NCBI GenBank assembly: GCA_050273025.1
Contig: CP158635.1
Span: 29,202,001-29,266,000 of the forward strand
Origin: Cenococcum geophilum
Lineage: Eukaryota
Length of the DNA: 64,000 nt
Reading direction: 5' to 3'
Positions within the stretch are counted from its first letter, which is position 1; each line of letters starts with the position of its first letter. Of the stretch, positions 23,701-35,603 are shown piece after piece. The position numbers and the translations under genes were made by a program. The notes under the pieces were generated by a model. That model was not told the DNA's origin. It saw nothing but the letters and a program-made list of their open reading frames with translations, and searched no databases.

Positions 23701-26700
23701 ATTAAATACACTTATGCTATTAATTTTACCTAGTTTTGTAAATAAAAAGACGTAAAGGTAATAAGAATCTATATAGCGGAGCTAGTAGAACTAGTTAAAT
23801 AAGATAAGCACCGACAGCTGCTTAAAGAGCTGCCTATAGGCCTAATAAAAGTACTAAACCTATTAGAAAGGTCTTTCCGCTGGCTAATAGAAGGCGACTA
23901 TATAATAAAGGAAGCCCGTAAAGTGCTTCCCCCCTATTTCTATAACTTCCTTAAGACAAATCTAAAAACTAAACCCAAGCTTTTACGTCGGAAGATAGTC
24001 GATACTAATATTAAAAAATTCCTAAAAGGTAAACTAGAATTAACCCGTAAAGACATTCTATAACGCCTACTAAAGGAGTTTAGTAAATATATTGAGCACT
24101 TCCTCCTTAAGAACGTAGATAAGCTGCCCCCTTACTAACTATAGGACTATAAAATTAAGATTACCCCCAGAAACTAGGCCCTATATTATAAAAATTAACT
24201 ACTCTTACCTGCTAAACTTAGGTGTGTAAAAAAGTGGATTAATAAGATACTAGATAAGGGTTTTATCCGCGAATTAACCTTACTAGCTACTGTACTACTC
24301 CTCCTCGCTACTAAGCCCGGCGGCAGTATATAAATTTACTATAACTACTAAGGCCTAAATATAGTTACTATTAAGAATTAATACCTACTGCTACTAATCC
24401 GCGAGACACTTAACGCACTTTATGGTGCTAAGTACTTTACTAAACTTAATATAATTGCTGCGTTTAACTAGATCTGGATTACGGAGGGCCATAAGTAGCT
24501 TATAGCATTTATTACCCGGTTCGGACTCTATAAGATACTAGTTATACTATTTGGCCTCTATAATATACCCACTATATTCTAAAACTATATTAACTATATT
24601 CTACACAACGCCTTTAATAACTATTACACTACCTACCTTAACGACGTCCTTATCTTTTCTAAAATACGCGCTAAGTATACTAAGTATATAAATAAAATTA
24701 TCTAAAGACTCGGTAATGCTGGATTTTAGATTAATATTAATAAGTCTAAGTTTTACTCTACTAAAACAAAATACCTTAGCTTAATTATCTCGACTAATGG
24801 CATAACTATAGACCCTAAGAAGGTACAGGCCTTATAGGAATAAAAGGACCTAACATTAATTAAAGAACTATAATAATTTCTCGGCTTTATGAACTTCTAC
24901 CAACGATTTATCTAAGGCTACTCTGCCATTGCTATACCTATAATAAAACTCCTAAAGAAGGATATTAGATGGCTATAGGGACTAAAATAAGCTAAATCGT
25001 TTAAGGCCCTTAAGGGAGCCTTTACTTTAGCACCAGTACTAGTATACTATAACTATATAAAGAAAATAGTGGTAGAGACAGATGTATTAAATTAGGCTTT
25101 TAGCGGAGTCCTTTCCTAGTATAATAATAACGGAAAATTAAAACTAGTCGCATTCTTCTTTATAAAGCATTTTATGCTAGAGTATAACTACGAAATCTAT
25201 AATAAAGAACTTTTAGCTATTATTAAGGCTTTAGAGGAATGGCGTCCTAAGCTATAAGGGACTAAGGAGCTGTTTAAAATCATTACCGACTATAAAAACT
25301 TATAGACGTTTATAACTACTAAGTAGCTAAACTAGTGCCAAGTCCAGTAGGCAGAGTTCCTTTTATAGTTTAACTTTATAATTATATATAGACCCGGCAG
25401 TAAAGCCACGCTCTCTAACGCCCTAAGCTGGCTACTAGAAATAAGGCCTAAGGACGCTAATAATAAACGCCTCCGCTACTAAGCCTAAGTTGTTATACCA
25501 CCCTAGAAAGTTAACCCTATAATCTTAAAAGAATTACTATATAAGTCCCGTAACTCTAATAATATAGAGTTTATAGCTGCTTTAGACCCCAAAATAGCTA
25601 AAAAGTTATTAGATAAGTTAATCTAGCTAAAATACTAGGAGAACGAACTCGCAAGAGATATAGTAGCAGCCCTATATAATTGGAAAGCTCGCCGTTAGCC
25701 AAAGAAGATTAGGAAATTACTCCGCTATAATAAGTTAGAATGTAGTATTATTAACAGACAGATCTACTTCCGCTAATGTCTCTTTATCCTTAACGCCCTA
25801 GACCTCCGCCTAGAAGTTACCCATTGCTCTTATAGTAGTGGCCCTGCTAGTTACCCTAGCTAGGTTAAGACTTTTAACCTCTTAAATTAAATATACTAGT
25901 GGCTAGGAATCTTCTAGTTTATAGCTACCTTTGTTAAAGACTATGCCCTATACTCTTATACTAAGACTCCCTGTTCCACCCTACCTAGTTTCCTAAAGCT
26001 ACTAAAATTACCTACTTACCCGTGGACTAATATCTTAATTAACTATATTATAACGCTGCTAGTATGCTAACGCTATAGTAAGGTATATAAATATATCCTT
26101 GTTATTATAGACCACCTAACTAAAATATAATACCTTATTCTAGTAATAGGACTCTTAATAGAGGAACTAGTTAATGGCTTTATTAATAATATATATAAGC
26201 TCTACGGTACACTAAGTACGATTATCTCTAATCGCGGCATATAATTTATTAGCGACTTCTGGCAATAACTAAGTAAACGCCTTAAGACAACCTTATAACT
26301 AAGCTTAGCCTAGCACCTAGAAACGGACGGCTAAACCAAAATTATTAACGCTGCCGTAAACAAATACCTTTATGCTTTTGTTAGCTTTATATAGGACGAC
26401 TAGGTTAACTACTTACCGTTTACTAAGTTTGCTATAAATAACTAAGTTAACAAGAGCATAGGCATCTCCCTGTTTTTTATAAACTATAGCTTTAACCCTT
26501 GCCTTAGAATTAAGCCTACTAGCCCCTATTTACTAACACTATTAATATAAGTAAAGAAGGAGTTTTTCTGTGTAGACTTTATAGCTAACCGCTTTAAGTA
26601 GATATTAATATAGCTTAAGGCCCTAGCCTAGATTTTATAGTAACGCTATAAAGATAATGCTAATACCCGTAGAGATGAGAGCGCGTTATTCTACGAAGGC

Positions 26701-27705
26701 GATATAGTTATAGTTAGCTTAGAAAATATAAAGATAAATAGACCTAAGAAGAAATGGGACAATAAATGGGACGGCCTATACCCCGTACTCGTAGTATACT
26801 AAAGGGCAGTTATAGTAGACCTCCCGGACTATATTTAAGTAAATAAATCCTTTTATATATCTAAGGTCCGCCTCTAGGCTACTAAAGAGATCTTTAGCTA
26901 AGCAAATATTAATACTATAAAGCGCCGTAATGTACAAGGATGAGTAGTAGAGAGAGATAATAACGGCAATATAGAAGATAAATGGGAGTTTAAAAAAATC
27001 CTTAATGTATATAATAAAGACCCCTAGGGCCTAACTTATAAGATTAAATAGAAATATTATAAGGATATAACCTAGCAGCTAGAGAAAGACCTAAAGGGTT
27101 ATAAACAAGCTATATAGCGCTTTTATAAGTAATACCCTAAGAAGCTAGGACCCCTAGACTGGGTATAAGATAAGGAAAAGTTACGCTAAGGTCGCGGCCG
27201 ACTACCGTATTAAAATTTGTGGTGGTTAAGATATTATAGAACTTTAACCAGCGGTTAAAGTTATCTAATTGGCCAAATTCTCGCTAAGAAACGCTATACG
27301 GATTAATTTGGGTAGCGGTGTAGAGTTCTACCAACCTTACTTACTGAACTAACCAATTAGGATTTTCTATGCCTAGTATAGAAAATCGCCATTAGCTTAG
27401 TTAAGGGCGGTAAGCGGAACTAATATCTTTGCGGTAAAAAATAGGCAACCCTATATACTGCCTATTTTTAAGTTATCTATTTAGTTTAGGGACCAAACCA
27501 TTTAGGAGAGAGAAGTACTATTACGGCACTAACCTGACGTATACTGTTTCATACTATCTCGTACTATTTCCTACTATTGGCTAGCCTACCACTAGCGACT
27601 TAGCGGCCGGCCCTACTATTTATATACAATACCCCCTTTCCACCTTCTTTCCCTCTTTATATTATAACGTAGTTATTTAGTCTACTTTATTGCAGCACTA
27701 TAACA
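20792..27705 (+). mobile_element. Full-length Ty3/Gypsy chromovirus family B, copy B1 (6.9 kb)
   Basis: 187-bp LTRs at 20792..20978 and 27519..27705. Perfect TSD TCTAC. PPT AGGAGAGAGAAG. gag about 21168-22640 and pol about 22650-27210 (LVDSG, YLDDVLIFS ~24633, NYEIYDKELLAI ~25187, HPETDGQT ~26315, chromodomain ~26980-27090). Confidence 0.96.
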
Positions 27706-30700
27706 TCTACTCTGCTTTAATATAGGTTATATTTTAATAGCAGCGCTTACTTTTCGCCTACGCTTCGGCTATAAGGCTAGGGTGTCCCGCTTACGGTACT
27801 TATTTAGCAGCTATTAATAATTCTTAAGTTCTGTCTCATATTTCTATTTATTATACTTATTTAGCCATCCTAGCCATTTAATAAGGTACTATGGTTATCT
27901 AGCACGATTCTAGTAGGCGATAATTGCTTCTACTTCCTAGCTACCTTCCTTAAGCTCTTTTACTGCTAGGGGTTAAAACCTAGGGCGTAATTTATAAGGC
28001 TCTAGTAGGGAGATATAGAAGACTAGGTGGAGCCGTACTATAGTAGGTAGGAGCTCTAGCTTATATACTTACTGCCCTATACGCTCTAGGATTTAAAACG
28101 GTCCTATAAACTTATAGTTAAGCTTTTTATAGGGACGTTTTATATAGATGTTCTTAGAGGAAAGCAGGACTCGTTTACTGACAGCGAAATACTTGGCTAG
28201 GTGGTGATAATTATAGTATTTTACCTAAAGCTTTTAGGCGTGCATTATCGACGCCGCTACTACCTTATGTGTAAGGCATAGGCGTTATAGATATATCTCT
28301 GCAAGTTGGACATTTGTTAACTTAGACCCCTCCCTACCTTACTAGGCGTCTTAGACGCTGTCTAGAACTCTGTCTAAGACGTTTAGTAGCTAGCTATAGG
28401 CGAGCTTAATAGGGGAATGCTTTATTATAGTATAGACCTTAGAGTTATAGGTAAAGGCTACTTCTTTAAGTAGGGAGGCCTAATTAGACTATTCCCAGTT
28501 TATAAATATATATAGGTATACCTTAAGCTCCTAGTTCTAACGCTCCGTCTAACTATCTATTTATAGGTAGAATGCAGTACTAAGTTTATATTAAACGCGG
28601 AGATAGTAGTATATAGTACTTTAGTACTTGCTTATAAATATACTACCCTTATTAGAGATAACATTATCTAAAGGCCCTATTTATATAAAGACTCTAAATA
28701 AGAGTTCTGCAAGTTGCGTAGTATTAATTATCTTACGCACTAAATAGTAACGCACTAGCTTTGTAAAATGGTCTATAAGGATAAGGACAGAGTTATACTC
28801 TACGCTATTAGGAGTCTTAAACTCTAGGAGATCTATAATAAAGTTAAGTAAATAATGCCGCTAGGCTTAGGTAGGGGCCTAGAGAGGCTATAGCTTACTA
28901 TAGGGTTTATAGCGGCGCGATTTGGAGTGTTAGTAGGTATTATAATTATCTAGGTATTTATAGAGGTCCTAGGTAAGGCTATTCCAAGTATACTTTTACG
29001 CAATTACCTTAAAAGTATAGTTAAAACTATAGTGGCCGCCTATAGGATCGTTATGATTCTGCTTAAGGATCTCCTATTATAATAGTATGTAATTTAGCAC
29101 CTAGACCTTATTATTTTACCTTAGAAGTCCTTAATTATTAAGGGTATAGTTCTTATTACTAGTAGAAACTTATTCCTAGGTTAACTAATTATATATAGAG
29201 CGTGTAAAGGCGTCCCTTTTTTATACTCTATAAATAAAATTAACTAGTAACTTAGGGGGTTATTCTATAAACGCCGTTTTAGCTAAAGTAGCTACTACTA
29301 CTTCTTACCGTAGCACGAGACTCTGCGTAAAGTTGGTGCTAGCGAAGTAATATATAATACGTAGGTGACTCGCCGGGTTATTATGGGGGACCATAGCCTA
29401 GGCTAAGGGGTCTTCCCTAGGGTTAAGCGCTATTAGATTAGTTAGAGTAGTCTTAGAGAGAATAGTAGGACGCTCTAGTCCGCCGGCGCTAAGTTTATAA
29501 GAGTTACTTGTATACTATACGCATGCTACTCGCTAGTTTAGTATAATAGCACTAGGGCCGCCTATAAGGCCTATAACCTACAACTTTTACTATAATATAG
29601 GTAGTATAGTATTAAGGATTATCCTCTTACTGCTATCTTTAAAGCCTTTGGTATAATCTAGGCGCCGAAATAGTATATTAGTAGGATTTGTCTTGCCTAG
29701 CTTATATTTAATCTTAAAATTAAACTTAGCTAGTTTCTTAGCGTATTAGGCCTAGCAGGTAGATAAGCTCTTAGTAGTTATAAAGTACTTAAGATTATTA
29801 TAATTATAGAGTACGCGCGTTATATATGCGGCGTATTTAAGGTAATAGCGCCACGTCTTAAAGTATTACACTATAGCGAGTAGTTTTTTATTATATGTAT
29901 TATACCGTACTTTTAGGCTAGTAAGCTTCTAACTATAATAAGCAATTAGGTGTTAGTAGAGTTAATCTCCCTACCCTAAAGGCTGCAAAAGTATACTACT
30001 ATAGGTATAGTTAGAAGCGTTAGTAATTACTATTAGGGGTAGATTAGGGTTAAAGTGGCGAAGTAGAGAAGCCTATATAAACGTAACGCGTAGCTTATAA
30101 AACGCCTGCTGCGCGTTATTGGGCTAGGACTAGGGTTAATACTATTTAGTAGGCCCTTTTAACTTACGCTTCTTCTCCCTATCTAACGTTGGGTTATAAT
30201 ATGCCTATACAAGATATGCGTATAGGGGGTATATAGTATCCGAGTAGTTCTAGATAAATCGCCTATAAAAGTTAGCAAAGCTAAGGAAGACCTAGATATC
30301 TCTATAGGACTTAGGCTTAGGCTATTCCTTAATAGCTTTTACGCGGTTAGGGTCCATTATAATACCTCTAGGGGTGATAATAAAGCCTAGGAACTTAACG
30401 TTCTTAATATAAAAGATGTATTTTAATAGTTTGGTATATAGGCCTTAAGTATAGAGCTGTTATAGTACCTACTTAACGTACTCGACGTGCTTATCCTTAT
30501 TATTTAAGTAGATAAGAATATTATCTAGGTAAACTATATAGATAGTATCTACTAGGGTTTCTAGAGCTTTATAAATATAGCTCTAGAAAGTTATAGGGGC
30601 GTTAATAAGACTAAAGGGCATTACTAGGTACTTAAAGTGACTATAGCGTATTTTAAATACGGTCTTCTATTCGTCTCCCTTTTTAATATAAATCCTATAG

Positions 30701-33440
30701 TACGTATTATAAAGATCTAGCTTTATAAATATCTTTATATAGCTAAGCCTATTAAAGAGCTCGCTAACTAGCAGTAGGGGGTACTAATTTTTAATTGTAA
30801 TCTTATTTAGGCGTCTATAGTCGACGTATAGCCGTATTATACCGTCTGCTTTTAGCACGAAGAGGATAGGCGCTTTAGTAGGCGACTTACTAGGCCTAAT
30901 CTAGCCCTTTTTAAGAGCACTGTCTAAGTACTCTTATAAGATCTATAACTCTTTCTATAAGAGGTTATAAAGGGGTATTTATAGTGGCGTCTTGCCTTCT
31001 TCTAAGTCGATTATATAGTTATACTTAGAGTTCTACAGTAGTATACTTACTAGCTTATTAGAGAAGACATTAATTTCCTCCTTATATATCTTTAGCAGGC
31101 TAGGGGCTATGGAGGTTAAAGCGACTATTATATAGTAGTATGCTTCTAGGAGCTAGTGGAGAGAAGGGTGCAGCCGATATACGTTTTGTAGATATGCTCG
31201 TATAGAGAGTGTATATAGCTCTACTATAGTATACTTAATAGTTTTAGGGTTTTAATTACCTCCCTATTATATATAGGTAATCTGCGCTAGCACCGGAGGG
31301 TCTCTATAGGTACTTGCTGCCAGTAACAGTAGGTCCTCTACTATGTTTATAACTGGTATCTTTACGTTTAGAGGGTCTGCATAGGTACTCGCTACTAGTA
31401 ATAATAGGTCTTTTATTATATTTATAACTAGTATAAAGAAGAAGTCTTCTAGCTATAGTGAATAGACTATTTCGCTAGCCTTAATGTTTGCTAGGAGAGC
31501 GTTAAGGGTGACTATTTAGAGGCGTCTAGGGTTTAAAGTACCCTAGATAAACTGTCTAGAACGGAAGCTAATTAATAGATCTGCTTCTATAAGCTAATCC
31601 TATCTAAAAACCATATCATAACTATTAAATAAGCCGCCCTAAAAGGTCTGCGGGCCAATAGTGCAAGAGGTACCCTAGAAGTCGCTAGTGGTAACTATTA
31701 GATTATAAGTATCCTAGATTATTATCTGGTTATTATTAAGGAAATATATAATAGGTTTACGTGAACATAGCGCGTAGTATATAGGCAGGTTAAACCTATA
31801 GACAACCTCTTAATTAATAAGGTTAATTTAGTACCTATTATTATATAAAGTATATAGGCGGACTTCGCCCTAGGGCGTATCTATCGCGACGTATACTATA
31901 ATGCGTTTCTTTTCTCCCTCTATATTAGGCCCTAGTTATAGTTAAGAGAGATACACTACTAGGGCTTTAGGTTTTCCGAAGCCTAAGCTAACTTCTCTTT
32001 ATTAGCCTACTTTTAGTATTCCTTATAGTGGCCACCTGCGGTCCTTTAATTTGCCTGCGTAGCACTAGTGTCCGGGGGGTCCCCTAAGCTATTTAGCTTT
32101 TAGGTAGTCTCCCTAGGAGTTTACTTAGAAAAGTGTCGCCCTTTTTAAGTTCTGTTCCCTAAGCCTAACTCTATAAAGCCTATACTACGACCGCGCTTTA
32201 TACGCAATAATTTGCCACTACTACTTACGCGATCTTCTACGAGCTTTATAGTATTAAGCAATTGCTTTATATAGCGGATTTCATTAAAGAGGTCTTTAGC
32301 GGTTCTTACCTATTAGGCAAAGTTCTGGCGGAAGAGCTCTGCTTATAGGTAGGCTGGGAGATATAAGAACTAAAAGTTTACCTATTACTTAGGATTAACA
32401 AAAGGGGTATATAAAAAGAGGTCCTCTAAGCTACGCATATAGGCTAGGAAGACGTTAAACCTCTAGTTCTCCTTTATAATAGCTATATAGTACGCTATAG
32501 CGTTATTAAAGCGTCTTACTATAGGGTTCCTAATCTGGTCTTAGACTATAGTCTTAAATTTGTCCTATAGTAAAGGACCCTTATCCTTAATGCCTAACCG
32601 GCAATAAACTAGTTAGGCGATTGTCTTCTCTTTTATAAGACCTTTAATGGCCTAGCGCGTGCGTTGCTTATAGTTATAGTCAGTGTTATTAACCTTAAAT
32701 TAGTTCTTAACTGCGGTAATCTACCGGTTAAAATGCTGTTAAGTAGTACCGCTAATATTAGGTAGTAACTTCTTAACTAGGGCGTTAAGATTTAATTGGC
32801 GTATGCGTTCGCTATATAACTTATACTCTTTGCTAAAGAGGCAACAGGAGGACTTTATTAAATTAATAATGCTCCATAAGTTAGCTATTTTCTTAGCTAG
32901 CTTATCTAGCTCCTTTATATTAGCGGTATTAGGTAGAACGCTAGTAACCTTACTAAGCTCTTATTAAGCCTAGGTATATAAGTTAAACTAGTCTTTAGCG
33001 TTCGTAGATATCTGATTATTTTAGGATTTAGAAAATGGCTTAGATGCTACTAGTGTACTTTTAGTAGTTTTGTCTACACTAGATCTTAAGGTGTTCTGCG
33101 GTTATATCGCTAGCATATTACCGTCGGGTGTAGGCATTAGTTTTTTTTTTAGAGGCATTATAGAAAAATTAAACCAGCTATCCTCCCAAGGGGATTGGTA
33201 AGGATTTAAATATAAGGTAAGGATATAGATAAGGAGTCCAATGATAGAATAATGGGTATATTATATAGACAGAGACGAATCCTTAAGGGAAAAGGAGGAG
33301 TCTATATGCGAGGTAGGAAGGGTTTTCCCTAGGTATGTGTAGAGCACATGCCTTACGGGTAAGTCACCCCTAGGTTGCCCCAGGGTCGCCTGTACCTTGC
33401 GGCTATATAACTATCTACTTAGGTTTTACCTAATAGTAGG

Positions 33441-35330
33441 ATAATTATATAGTTATCCTTAGTCTTATTATCTAACGAAATGCTCCCTTAAATTATATTA
33501 GCGCTATATCTACTTTTAAGGAGCGAGGAAATATTAATATTAATATAGCGAAACGCTATAGAGTCTTCTTTAATTGCGAATTTTATATAATAAGGGTAGA
33601 AAATAAGTTGCTATTAACTATTAGGCCTAAGAGCGTAATAGAGACAATAATACTAAGGATTTAATCTTATTAGCTATTAGTAAAAAGCATAAACTATTAT
33701 TTTTAACTAGCTATAATTTAGCCGCCTATTAATTAGACGCTAATAATGGCGGTATATATATATTTCCTTATTAATTATTATTAAAATATTAGAATCCTAC
33801 TACTATCTAAATATAATTAAAATTATAGATTCTTCTCGCTGCTATACTTTTTAGTTTTTTAGGAATATTATCCAATTAAGCAAAGCCTCTCTATTATAGG
33901 AAAACCTTAGCGCTAAGTTATAAATAAACTAATACGGTTTTAAGGAATTATATAGAACTAGAGGTTTATAAGCCTTTCTAAGAACGTCCATAACGTTATT
34001 CTTTAATACTATAGTATTATTTTAGGTATAATTTAACCTATATACGTTTTTAATTAACGTCTTAATTACCTTCCCTTGGCCTCGTACTTAGTTTTTTATA
34101 AGGAAGTAATGGCTAGATAATATATGCTTATATTTCCTTCCTTTTAAATAACGCTATTATAACAGAGTTATATTAGCAAGGTTGCAGCTATTTACTAAAA
34201 GGGTATTAGACGGTAAAGTATAAGAACACCTTTGCTTATTAAGCTACTCCTTTTCCTTAACACCTTACTTTCCCATTATTAACCTTTGTCCAATTTTAGA
34301 CATATCTTCAATATATTATTAGGATTTTCTTCTTTTCTATTAATAATTTAATATACCTCTTTATTCTCCTACTAACTGCTCTTCTAAGTAGATTCTATAG
34401 CGTATCCTAGCTCTACCTTTATATATAGAACCCTAACCTCTACTAACTCGTAACTAGTACTAGTCCTACCTAAATAATTTTGCCTATATGTCTTTAAAAG
34501 ACCAGAAATCTAATAATAGGATTTTGGAGGCTTGTAATAAGACGTACTATATTAGATTTAATACCTTTAGTCCTTATAATTAATACATGCGTACTAAGAG
34601 CGGCAGTTATATTAAAGTAAGCTTTTCTATTTTTAATAGATTTCTATTACTAACTTTAAGCTTTAATAGCCTAGGCCTAAGTAGCGACGTTCCTTTAATG
34701 TCCTTAACTACTATATTACCCGGGCTCTCTCTTATTCTAACGTAAATGCTAAACGACTTAGCCAAATTTAAGACTATACTACGGCCATCTACGCTGCCTA
34801 TAATTCCTAGTAAGCTAGCTAGTAACGCTTAATGCGAAAGTAAGGTTAATATACTAAGGATAGGGTACGGGATAGGGGTAATAAAAAGAAGGTTGCCGTC
34901 TACTATAGGAAGGAGTTCGCGTATACGCGTTAAGTTTTAAAAGAGTATAATATAATGCGGTATTAGGTAGGTTACCCTTTAGGTACCTAGCGGATAGGTA
35001 ACTAACAGTTGCCGTAGTAAGGTCTTGGTAGTTCTAGACGATACTAGCTAGCTAACATCTCTATTTATTCTAGGCTTAAGCGTATCTTTATTAACTATAA
35101 GCTTACTCCCTAAGAGCTTTATTAGTATTAGTTTAGACCTAATATTAGTATTAAGCGTTTAAGAGTCTCTGCTCTAGCTATACCTTATTATCCTACCCCT
35201 GTTTTTATACCTACTTATACGCCTACTAAGGGATCTAGATCCTATTCTTATTAGCCATTGCTTAGTAGCCTAATAGATACTAATCCTACTCCTAATAATA
35301 AGGCGTAATAGCTTTTTAGATTAGGCATTC
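33441..35330 (-). pseudogene. Element E ORF3, N-terminal part (low-complexity N-terminus plus HxD half of the dioxygenase); start codon uncertain
   Basis: De-RIP reading FGWWW...MYRHHQRLINGRPNYGWL.TM...QQLMRSDPQYYCLYYALRPD...LISYPYYTKFA..GDSTAFRHIDVNI...GANMIQGSVSLDDETEDNCTII. It joins in frame to 19705 after removing element D and one TSD copy. Confidence 0.78.
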
Positions 35331-35603
35331 GTGGTTTACACTTTTAGAATTCATTCTTATATATAGTAGCAATTAAGGACCTTAATTAGGTGCTTAAAAA
35401 GGCCTTATAAGGCTTTTAAAAAGGGCTTAAAAGCCCTAAAAACTATATTCCTAATATAGATTAATAAATAGGGATACAATTCTAGCAAAATGCCCTATTA
35501 ACTCTATACTATATATATAAAAAGGCTGAGGACCCGTCCTGCCTTAGGCTGTAGCCCTATCTCTATAGTTTCCAAAGCCTATCCGTTCTATATCCAATTT
35601 AAC

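Larger units (their letters stand above)
19706..33435 (-). mobile_element. Full-length Ty3/Gypsy chromovirus family D, hosting element B1
   Basis: 225-bp LTRs at 19706..19930 and 33211..33435. Perfect TSD GTAGG (19701-19705 and 33436-33440). PPT AAAGAGGGGGGGCAT at 19931-19945. gag about 33158..31960 and pol about 31950..27750 (YLDDILI ~30515, FHPQTNG.TERQNQ ~28550, chromodomain ~27820-27950). Confidence 0.96.

Noticed and set aside
33441..33860. Calling ORF3 a TET/JBP or AlkB demethylase
   Set aside because: Only the generic HxD...H...R signature and PhyH-like spacing are supported. The substrate cannot be inferred from the sequence.
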